DNA from: Lama guanicoe
Taxonomy: Eukaryota
Assembly: GCA_013239625.1 (NCBI GenBank)
Contig: MU053352.1
Span: forward strand, 541,485-565,944
Direction of reading: 5' to 3'
Length of the DNA stretch: 24,460 bases
A program made the position numbers and the translations under genes. Below, one piece after another: positions 9,596-18,911 of the stretch. The notes beneath the pieces were generated by a model, which made no database searches, was not told the origin of the DNA, and saw nothing but the letters and a program-made list of their open reading frames with translations. How positions within the stretch are numbered: position 1 is the first letter of the stretch; each line of letters opens with the position of its first letter.

Positions 9596-11194
9596 TGGGG
9601 GAAGAAAAGGCTAGACAAAAATACACCAACATTTTAGTATTTCTATTTGGGTGGTGGGGTTGTGGGTAATTTTTTTTTTCCTTCTCCTTTTCTTCATTCT
9701 CTAAATAAGCCTTTTTGGGAAAAATGAACATTAAACATAGAAATGAAAGATAAAAATCGTTTCATCTGACTCCACCCAAGAACGAGTACCAGTTCAAGAT
9801 TCAGTCTGTGTGGAGTTTGGCTGCATCCAAGCTGGGCCGATCACCTCTGTGGCAAGGCATGATAATGCAAGTCACCCTTTTTGAGCCAGCTTACAGGTAA
9901 GGAAACTGAGCCTCAGAGGAGGGGAGTGGTCTGGGAAAAGCCTGAGATGGAGACCCAGAATGGACACCCATGGGAGGTCACCCCATAGTCTCTCCATTAA
10001 GGTCGGTTCAATTCAACAAACATGAAAAGTTTTGAGCACCAAGGGAGTGCCAGGATCTGTGCCCTGTGCCCTGTGCCAAGGGCTAGGGAGCGGGGGTGAC
10101 CCAGGGACCGTCCTGCCTTCTCACAGTCTGGCTGTGCCGACACAGAGTACTCAAAGGGAGCTGGTGATTTGGTCACCCTGGAATCTTCAGCCAAAAGCTT
10201 AACCCAAGCTCTTTGTTCATGCATGAACAAATATGTGTGTACCCAGGTCACCAGTGACACCGTGACTCTCCTTCAGTTAATCAGGAACAAAAAAGAAAAT
10301 CCTCATAGATTTGCATATAGAAAGCAGAAAACAATTACATAGGAAGATTATTTGCTTTTTTTTTTTTTTAATCCCTGATTAACTGAGAGAGTGTTTAAGT
10401 CCTCCTGGTGACAAAGAGGCAGGAAGCATGGCGGATGATAAACCCTGGCCCACAGGGTCCCTGTCAGGCCCCAGAGACCACAGCACAGCACGGAGGGAAC
10501 AAGATAAGCCAGGTTGGAGTGGGAGGCAGGAACTCCTGAGGCGGGCTGGGCCTCTTGCAGGCTCCTCGATGAAGCTCAGAGAGCTTCCAGAAGAGGCAGA
10601 TGATTCACACACTTTTCCCAGGCACGAAGGAAACCCAGTCGTCAAAAAAGGAAAGAGGCTCAGCGTTCAGTGTTGAGGGGCTGGCTGCTGGGGTCAGGGG
10701 AGCCTGCACTCGAACTAGACCCCACCCTCCACCCATACAGCCTCGGATGAACCACCTAACTCCCCAGTTACCTCATCTGTAAAAAGAGGGCAATGTCCCC
10801 CACCCCCCACCCCGGGGAAGGCTGGGAGCACTGAGTCACTTCTGGCACCGTTGGCCCAAAGCTACACTGTCTGTCTGGCCCCAAACCCTGAGCTCTGCTC
10901 CTGCACGAGGTGCCCAGACAGACCCACGAATGACCTCGTCACTATTGTCATGAGGGAGCCACACAGCCCAACGCTGAAGAGAGTGGCCGGAGGAAGCCTG
11001 CTGGCTTCACGTGCCTTCTAAGCAAGCCCAGTAAAGGCAAATAGGGTGGTTTCTTTTTGTCTGGCAGAAATAAGGGTGCCCCTCTCACCCGCTTTCCTCC
11101 ATCACCCCCCCCCCCGACTGGGTCCCTGGCTCATCGCCAATCACCCAACCAAAGCCTGGCAGCCTGGGTTTGTGGGGGAGGCTCCAGGAGCAGG

Positions 11195-11395
11195 CCGAGG
11201 TCCAAGTCCTACACGTACTAGGCCACTCCTTCCCTTCCTTACCTGGCCATTCCTCAGTGCCGTCATCTGTAAAAGAAGAATCCAAGAGTAGGTACCTTAC
11301 AGAGGAGTTTGGAGAATGACAGAGGATAAACCAAAGAATGCTCTCAGTACCACGGCTGGCATGATTAGTGTTCAATAAATGTTCGCCATTATTAT
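11195..11395 (+). mobile_element. MIR SINE
   Basis: CCTCAGTGCCGTCATCTGTAAAA core and 3' end CTGGCATGATTAGTGTTCAATAAATGTTCGCCATTATTAT. Confidence 0.75.
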
Positions 11396-11439
11396 CAACG
11401 CCCTGGTTCCTGAACAGGAACACCTGAATGTGCTGGGAA

Positions 11440-11680
11440 GAAAATACATTGCTATGAGACAAGATTATAAAGTAGTATGTGAAATAGGGCTCAATTATGT
11501 TGAAAAAAATTATACACATGTAGAAGCGAAAAAGACCAGAAGGAAATGCTGGCAGCACTGAAGTCTTGGTGGTAAAATTATAGGGGATCTTTTTCTTTGT
11601 GTTTTCATGTATTTTCTACATTTTCCTGCAATGCACACATCACTTTTGCAATCAGGAAGAAAGAAAGAAAGGAAAAAAAA
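11440..11680 (+). mobile_element. old L1ME-like 3' UTR fragment
   Basis: AAAAAGACCAGAAGGAAAT..GGTGGTAAAATTATAGGGGATCTTTTTCTTT..TATTTTCTACATTTTC..CACTTTTGCAATCAGGAA matches the recalled L1ME terminus. Confidence 0.55.
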
Positions 11681-11854
11681 GCACTGTGAAAGCTGAGAGG
11701 AGCTATCACTTGGATCTGGGCTTGTGGATAGGATGCCTCAGAGGAAGTGGGATTTGAGCAGGGCCTGGAAGGACAGGAGAATTTGAAGAATGGGGGAGGA
11801 GAGCCAGGAGAAGTCTTTCTTGTTCCTTGGTGTTTTTTTGTTTATTTTTGTGTG

Positions 11855-12012
11855 TGTGTCTGTCTCCTCCCCTAGGCTGTGGGCTCCTTGAGGGCACAGT
11901 CCATAGTCTAGCTTGTTCACTGCTGTTTTCTTAGCTTCTAAACAAACAAAACAAACAAACAAAAAACCGGGTGCTTAGTAGGTGCTCAATAAATACAGAT
12001 CTAGTGAGTGAA
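11855..12012 (+). mobile_element. L2 3' end
   Basis: GTCTGTCTCCTCCCCTAGGCTGTGGGCTCCTTGAGGGCA..CTTGTTCACTGCTG..AGTAGGTGCTCAATAAATA..GTGAGTGAA is the classical L2a terminus, here interrupted by an (AAAC)n run. Confidence 0.8.
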
Positions 12013-12384
12013 CAACCTTTGACAGCTCCACTTAGCCTGGGAAACAAGGATGCTCTCAGTTCACTGTCCAGCTGGTACGCTGCCAAAACGGAGGGGCGTG
12101 GTTTCTGTGGTAACAGAAGAGGGCCCGCCAGGCCAGCAGTGGGACGCAGACACAGGGTTTGTGAACTCTGCATCTTTTCATGGTGTGGCCTGGAAATTGG
12201 GAACATGGCGGTGGGCTCTTTCAACAGATGTTGAGCGAGGAGAAAGAGCTTCAAAATATGGTTAACTTAGTTGTTTGCTGCACAGGTTTGTCAAATCAGT
12301 CGATGAATGCTCAGGCAGATGGTTTAGGTCTTTGAAGGAGGGTAGGAGGCTCTTGGTGGATGGAAAGCTAGGGACTCAAAAATG

Positions 12385-12472
12385 GTTCCAGTCTAAACCC
12401 TGCTTAGTGACCTCAGGAAAGTTACTTAACCTCTCTGGACCTCATTCATGAGCAGTTTTCTCCGCTCTAAAA
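12385..12472 (+). mobile_element. MIR fragment
   Basis: GTGACCTCAGGAAAGTTACTTAACCTCTCTGGACCTCA core. Confidence 0.65.
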
Positions 12473-12496
12473 TTGCTTCTAAAAAGACATGTCTAG

Positions 12497-13092
12497 TAGG
12501 AATGTAAAATGGTGCAGCCACTGTGGAAAAAAACAGTTTGGCAGTTCCTCAAAAAGTTAAACATATTATTATCATATGATTCAGCAATTCCACGGTAGAT
12601 ACATACCCAAGAGAATTGGAAACAGGTACTTAAATACTTGTACTCAAATGTTCATAGTGGTACTATTCACAATAGCCAAAAGACCATCAGCAGATGAACG
12701 CATTAAAAAAAAGGTAGTATATCCATACAATGGAATTCAGCCATAAAAAGGAATGATAGTGCTACAATGTGGATGAACCTCGAAAACATTATGCTAAGTG
12801 AAAAAGCCAGACTCAAAGATCAAATATTGTATGATTCCACTTATATTAAACATCTAGAACAGGTAAATCCATAGAAACAGTGCAGATTGGTGGTTGCCAG
12901 GGGCTGGAGGAAGCGGGGAGTGGGGACAGAATTTTCTTTTTGGGTAGTGTAAGTATTTTGGAACTTCACGGAGGTCTTGTTTGCACAACATTGTGAACAT
13001 AATAAGTTCTGCTGAATTACACACTTTAAAGCGGTTAATTTTATGTTACATGAATTTCACCTCAATTACAAAAAAGAAAAAGAAAAAAAAAA
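12497..13092 (+). mobile_element. L1MB-type LINE-1 3' end (5'-truncated, ~0.6 kb)
   Basis: GGAATGTAAAATGGTGCAGCCACTGTGGAAAA, TGGATGAACCTCGAAAACATTATGCTAAGTGAAA, GTGGTTGCCAGGGGCTGG and GAATTTCACCTCAAT, followed by an A tail. Confidence 0.88.
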
Positions 13093-13194
13093 GACTAAGA
13101 GGTAGGCAAGACTGAAGGTGGAGATATAGATGGAACTGAGAGATCATCACAGGCTTCCCACACAATTACACTGCCAAGGTGAAATGCAGGAAAG

Positions 13195-13378
13195 AGCTCC
13201 CAGTAGGGTCAGAACTGGAATCTAGATCTGTCTCTGGCCACTTCCCCACGGTGGGATCCTGGGCCACACACTCAAGCTCCCTGAGCCTCAGGCCTCCTAT
13301 CTGCAACACGGGGCTGCTGCATCTTCTCTGTCTTCCACAGAGCACTGTGCATCATTGTTCTAAGAGCACTCTGTGAAC
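13195..13378 (+). mobile_element. MIR fragment
   Basis: CCTGGGCCACACACTCAAGCTCCCTGAGCCTCAGGCCTCCTATCTGCAA core. Further degenerate MIR pieces lie at ~13530-13640 (+), ~13735-13830 (-) and ~14005-14085 (-). Confidence 0.55.
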
Positions 13379-15187
13379 CGGGGTTCACAGGGTGAACCCT
13401 TTGGAAAGAAGTGTCTCAGTACCTATTTTCTAAGCACGGCAGACTGAGAGCCAGTTCCTGGTTCACGTGGAGACACTGAGGGGGTTCAGAAGCCACTGGC
13501 AAGGAAGGGGCACACTGGAGCTAACCAGTTGGAGTCCTGGCTCCATCACTGCATCTGTGGCCATGGGCCAGTCACTCATTTTCCTGTTTTTTCAGTGGTA
13601 TAATGGGAACAGATCTACCTTGGAGAGGGGCTGTATGTACACCACAGGCACTTAATAATCAGATCCCCTCCCTCTTTCTTTGTGGCTGCTCTTGAATACA
13701 AAAATTTCCAGTTCCCAGAATCCACCAAAAAATCTCTGAGCTGTAGCTCAGAGAGGTTAAGACTCTAGCTCGAGGTGGCACCGCTAGTTTGGGCTTAGAA
13801 CACAGATAGCCTGGCCAGGGAACTTTCCCCAAACCTCTCAGCTTCATCTTTATTGTCTCCAACAGGCTCCTGGCACCTACTCCAACCTAGGAAGGACTGA
13901 GGTAAAGAGACAGGCCCAGCCCAGAATTAGGTGCTATGCAGAGCTCATCACTTCAAGAGACAGGTGCTGCTGTCCCCCGTGTACATATTAGGAAACTGTT
14001 TATTAACTAAGGCTCAGGGAGACCAAGTGACTGGCACCAGAACAAGCAATCAGAGAGGAGAGCAGAGGTCTCGAATTTGAACTCGCGTCCTCCCGCTGCG
14101 CCACGCCTGGAAGCCCCGGGGCGCGCGTGGCTTTGCGCGAGAAGGGCGCGCGGCGGTGGGAATCCCGAGCGGAGTTGGAAGCCAGGCTCGTTCATTTGCA
14201 TGCTAATACCCAGAATGCTTTTCCCCCCCGCACACTGCTTCTCTTAATGGAAGCGCTCAGTTTGGAACCGTGGAAAGTTTGGAACACATACTTCGCTCCC
14301 TCTTTGCAACTGTGGGAACTTCCCACCCGCACACGCGGTGCCTACAGCCTAGGGCTGGCTCCAAGTCGGGCTGCCTGGCGGCGGCCGCCAGCGCTTCCCG
14401 GGCAGACGAACCTCTGTGTCCAACCCGCTCGCAGCAGCATCTCCAGGACGGCCGGGGACAAAGCGCTCAGGCCCGCCGGTTGGGCCCATGGACTGAGCTC
14501 TCGGCGACTCACTGGGCTGCGGGTGCTGGGGATGCTCTTGATCTCAGGAGGCCAAAGGGTGTTCCCTGGAGCCTCCAGTACCCCTATTTCCCTGGAGTGC
14601 GCGGGGATCCCTGCTCCTGTCCATAGCCGTTGCTTCTGTTGTCGCCTCCCTGCGCTGGTGACTTTCCGCTCCCTGGAGCGCAAAGCTTGGCGTATGGAGG
14701 TTTGGGGGAGAGTGTGGACGATGGCCTCGTATCCCCAGCTCTCTCCGGCGCACAGCCCCTTCGGTTCAGTTAATGCGCGGATGCAGAAGCAGCTCCGGCG
14801 GTGCGGCCTGCCCTCAGCCGGGACCCGGGCCCTCTCTGGCGCTGGGAGCGGGAAGGCGACCGCAGGCGACTTCTGGGGATTTCACGCATTGAAGGGGGAC
14901 TCCGAAGGGCAGCCAACGCCCGCTCGACCTACGGGTGCGCATCGCAAACTGGGGAGCCCAGGTCTGCACCCCTCGGGTCTCCCCCTTCCCACCGCCCCGT
15001 CCGCGCGCCGCCACTCTTGGCGGGGAGGGAGGGGCATTGAGAGCTGGTTTGCTGGCTTGGCGCTTCGTTTGCATTGGTCTGGGGGGGCTGAGACTGCAGC
15101 CCCCGGCCCCGCGGGCGGGGTGGGGAGGCGGGGGCCGGCCGGGGGCTCAGTCTGCGCTAGCATTGGCGGAGCAGGGGACTGGGGAGG

Positions 15188-15305
15188 NNNNNNNNNNNNN
15201 NNNNNNNNNNNNNNNNNNNNNNNNNNNNNNNNNNNNNNNNNNNNNNNNNNNNNNNNNNNNNNNNNNNNNNNNNNNNNNNNNNNNNNNNNNNNNNNNNNNN
15301 NNNNN
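15188..15305. other. assembly gap (118 N)
   Basis: Run of N within the most G-rich part of the promoter. Confidence 1.
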
Positions 15306-15489
15306 AAAGTGGAAAGTTTGCAGAGCGGGGCGGTCCGGGCCAGGGATCCGGGTGCGCACGTGCAGGGCCGGGGGCGCCGGGGGCCCCCCACGCCGAGCTC
15401 GCCGTTTCTTTTTTTTTTTCCTGCAAGCGAGGGGGGGTGTTGTTGGTATCGCCCCCTCCTTCTCCTCCCCCCAGGGGTGAAAGTGCAAG

Positions 15490-15514
15490 AGGAAGTGCAG
15501 CCGCTGCCATCTTT
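15490..15514 (+). promoter_or_regulatory. ETS-type (AGGAAGTG) and YY1-type (GCCATCTTT) motifs at the probable TSS region
   Basis: AGGAAGTG at 15490-15497 and GCCATCTTT at 15506-15514 (reverse AAAGATGGC). This pairing is common at CpG-island start sites. The TSS position itself is inferred. Confidence 0.5.
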
Positions 15515-16026
15515 CCTCCGCTCCGAACACACGGAGCCCGGGGCCGCAGCGCCGCCGCTCCGCCGCCGCCTTCGCCCGGCCCAGGAAAGGGCCCGCCCTG
15601 CCGCCGCCGCCGCCCGCCCGCTCCAGCCTTCGCTGCAGACACCGTCCGCCAGGCTCCGGGACCGGGCCCACGCTGCCGCCCCGGTGCGCGCCCCGCCACC
15701 GCCGCCTTAGCCTTTTGTTTCCTCCGCTCCGGCGCCCCCGCCCCGGCTCGCGCTTTGCAGGGGACGCAGCGCGCGCCCCCAGCGGGCCCGGGAAAAGCCG
15801 CGGCGCGCGCACGCGCCTGCGCGACAGACCCCTCCTCCTCCCCGCGCGCGCGCCCCTCTTGGCTGCGCGCCGGCGCCGCCTGGCGGGCGGGAGGGGAGGT
15901 GGCAGGCGCGTTTGCGGGAGGGGCGCACCTCTTTGCTCGCGTACCCCCCGGAGGTAGACCGAGAAGGGAAGGCGGGCGGGCGGAGAGGAGAGAGAAGTGC
16001 ACGATCCAGTAGGGGTAGGGGCAGCT

Positions 16027-16056
16027 ATGTGGGAGGCGGTGCGCCCTACAGTCTAG
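16027..16056 (+). promoter_or_regulatory. upstream ORF MWEAVRPTV* in PATZ1 5' UTR
   Basis: ATG TGG GAG GCG GTG CGC CCT ACA GTC TAG. It is the only ATG I find between ~15480 and the main start codon. Confidence 0.55.
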
Positions 16057-16234
16057 ACAGTCGGATCCAGGCAGGGGGTGTGTGCGCCCCGCGCACCTGC
16101 GAGACTACAGAGCCCCGGGCCGGCACGTGTGGGGAGTGTAGAGACGTTCGCTGAGCCCCGCTTCTCGCTGCCTAGGGGAAGGGAGTGGGGCGGGCAAGTG
16201 CCGCGGCCCGGTTTGTGGGGAGGGGGCGGCGGCC

Positions 16235-17505
16235 ATGGAGCGGGTGAACGACGCTTCCTGCGGCCCGTCGGGCTGCTACACCTACCAGGTGAGCAGGCAC
16301 AGCACTGAGATGCTGCACAACCTGAATCAGCAGCGCAAAAACGGCGGGCGCTTCTGCGACGTGCTCCTGCGGGTGGGCGACGAGAGCTTCCCAGCGCACC
16401 GCGCGGTGCTGGCCGCCTGCAGCGAGTACTTTGAGTCGGTGTTCAGCGCCCAGTTGGGCGACGGTGGAGCTGCGGACGGTGGTCCTGCTGACGTGGGGGG
16501 CGCAGCGGCGGCCCCAGGCGGCGGGGCTGGGGGCAGCCGGGAGCTGGAGATGCACACCATCAGCTCCAAGGTGTTCGGGGACATCCTGGACTTCGCCTAT
16601 ACTTCACGCATTGTGGTTCGCCTGGAGAGCTTCCCCGAGCTTATGACGGCCGCCAAGTTTCTGCTGATGAGGTCGGTCATCGAGATCTGCCAGGAAGTCA
16701 TCAAACAGTCCAATGTGCAGATCCTGGTGCCCCCTGCCCGGGCCGACATCATGCTCTTTCGTCCCCCTGGGACCTCGGACCTGGGCTTCCCTTTGGACAT
16801 GACCAATGGGGCAGCCCTGGCAGCCAACAGCAACGGCATCGCAGGCAGCATGCAGCCCGAGGAGGAGGCAGCTCGGGCGGCCGGTGCAGCCATTGCGAGC
16901 CAAGCCTCCCTGCCTGTGTTACCTGGAGTGGACCGCTTGCCCATGGTGGCCGGACCCCTGTCCCCCCAACTGCTGACTTCCCCATTCCCCAATGTGGCAT
17001 CCAGTGCCCCTCCCCTGACTGGCAAACGAGGCCGGGGCCGCCCAAGGAAGGCCAACCTGCTGGACTCAATGTTCGGGTCCCCAGGGGGCCTGAGGGAGGC
17101 AGGCATCCTTCCGTGCGGCCTGTGTGGGAAGGTGTTCACTGATGCCAACCGGCTCCGGCAGCACGAGGCCCAGCATGGTGTCACCAGCCTCCAGCTGGGC
17201 TACATCGACCTTCCTCCTCCGAGGCTGGGTGAGAATGGGCTACCCATCTCTGAGGACCCCGACGGCCCCCGAAAGAGGAGCCGGACCAGGAAGCAGGTGG
17301 CATGTGAGATCTGCGGCAAGATCTTCCGTGACGTGTACCATCTCAACCGGCACAAGCTTTCCCACTCCGGGGAGAAGCCCTATTCCTGCCCTGTGTGCGG
17401 GCTGCGTTTCAAGAGAAAAGATCGCATGTCCTACCATGTGCGGTCCCACGACGGCTCCGTGGGCAAGCCCTACATCTGCCAGAGCTGTGGGAAAGGCTTC
17501 TCCAG
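16235..17505 (+). CDS. PATZ1: PATZ1 (POZ/BTB-, AT-hook- and zinc-finger protein 1; ZNF278/MAZR) coding exon 1
   Basis: Strong Kozak context GCGGCCATGG. The translation MERVNDASCGPSGCYTYQVSRH.. contains a BTB domain (FCDVLLRVGDESFPAHRAVLAACSEYF), the AT-hook KRGRGRPRK (17024-17050), three complete C2H2 fingers and the CQSC half of a fourth. It ends at donor AG|GTGAG (1271 nt, phase 2). It is near-identical to human PATZ1 as recalled. Confidence 0.99.
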
Positions 17506-18847
17506 GTGAGGAATGGTGCCCCCTCCGCCCCTGTGACTTGTCCTACTCCTCGCCAAAATCTAGGGGTGTGGACTTGTGTCGGGGGTCACTTGACCTTGTA
17601 GGGCCATGTCAGATTTGGGGAGAGTGTTTTAGCAGCCCTGGTTTTGAGACGATGTGGTTGAGGGCTGCTTTCTCTTCCCTGGGGGAAGTTCTCTGGCACT
17701 AGGCGTGCCCTACTGTCTCTCTTCCTTGGGGCCTTATGGGAAGGGGCTGGATTCCTCAGGCCACAGCCACCGGGCCTCACCATTCTTCTCCCTGGGCTCC
17801 CTTTGTGTTTCCGGCACCAGGCGAGGGGCCCCCTCTGGGGGCGGGAGGCTGGGCTCCTCCAGCGACTTTCCCCGCTTGAATGGCTGCCGGGGGAGGGACT
17901 GAAACAAGTGCATCTGGGACTCCTCCGTCTCCCCAGCACAGCACTGGCCATCCTGGGTCAGTAGACTCGGGCTTCACCCCTTACAGCCTCGGAATCGCGG
18001 GGCACCCAGAGTTTCTTCTGAATAGCGAATTCTTTGATCTGCTTTGACCTGGTGGCTCCAGAGCCTAACTGGACCCTGAGGTCCTTTTTATGTCTACTAG
18101 ACAGAGAGGAAGAGGGGTGGGTGTCTTCTTAGATTCACTTTTCAGTGAGCCTGGTAAGGAACTGAAGACTTGTCTGGGAGCAGAAGGTTGATTTTCCTCT
18201 TAAGAGAATATTCAGAATAAAAGGCTGGTTTTAACTTGCCTGGGTGCTGAGGACCTAGTGCAGTGCCTATGAACGTAGGGATGGAGAACTCCCTCAGAGG
18301 GGCCCCAACCAGGAACCAGTCTTACCGGTCAGGCAGCCACTGCCCACCTGCCCTGGCGGGCATCTGGTTTACCAGCCCAGCTGGGGCCTTAAGGCTTCAT
18401 CCCTTGGCCTCTGGGGACTGAATTCCATCCGGGTGGCATTCATTGGCTGCTGTGGCGGGAGAGGCTGGGGGAGGGGAAGACTGAGTTTCTAAGGGGCTTT
18501 AGTCTGGACAATGAATCACACATACCCCCTCCCGGAAAGGCTACTGCAGGGCAGCCCGGTCTCATTCTAAAGCCACCTCCTCCAGTCCTAGGAATCATTG
18601 AGTTTAAGGGGGGCGGGGGAAGGTGGGTAGGGAAGGTCAGAGACAAATGCTCACTTCCCTCCCCTTCTAGAGAAAATCAGGGCAGAGAGGCCTGGGCCTG
18701 AGGAGCCAGAGCTGGGTGGTGACTCTTTGTCATACTGGGGTAGGGGAGAGCCCTCTCCAGCAGTGTGGAGGGTGGGGGCTCCAGCCAGGTTTGTAGCCCC
18801 ATTTCCTGAGGTCTTGTTTTAAAGTCTCTCTTGGTTCTCTTTTCCAG

Positions 18848-18911
18848 GCCCGATCACTTGAATGGACATATCAAGCAGGTGCACACTTCTGAGCGGCCTC
18901 ACAAGTGTCAG
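18848..18911 (+). CDS. PATZ1: PATZ1 coding exon 2 (64 nt)
   Basis: A polypyrimidine tract and acceptor TTCTCTTTTCCAG|G precede it. It encodes (R)PDHLNGHIKQVHTSERPHKCQ, completing zinc finger 4 in the frame required by exon 1. The donor is CAG|GTAGGG. Confidence 0.97.

Larger units (their letters stand above)
14080..16760. promoter_or_regulatory. PATZ1: CpG island / GC-rich TATA-less promoter of PATZ1
   Basis: CpG and GC content rise sharply relative to the flanks, with many CGCG and GGGCGG GC-box motifs. The island extends through the 5' UTR into the BTB-coding part of exon 1. Boundaries were set by eye. Confidence 0.9.

Noticed and set aside
14127..16012. Long ORFs (527, 281, 221, 216, 191 and 181 aa) over the promoter
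   Set aside because: They lie in stop-poor CpG-island sequence, most read through the N gap, and they have low-complexity Arg/Gly/Pro/Ala content with no recognisable domain.
17124..17702. 192-aa alternative-frame ORF overlapping PATZ1 exon 1, and antisense ORFs at 16172-17184
   Set aside because: These are shadow ORFs of a GC3-rich coding exon. The +1 frame crosses the splice donor and in spliced mRNA stops a few codons into exon 2.
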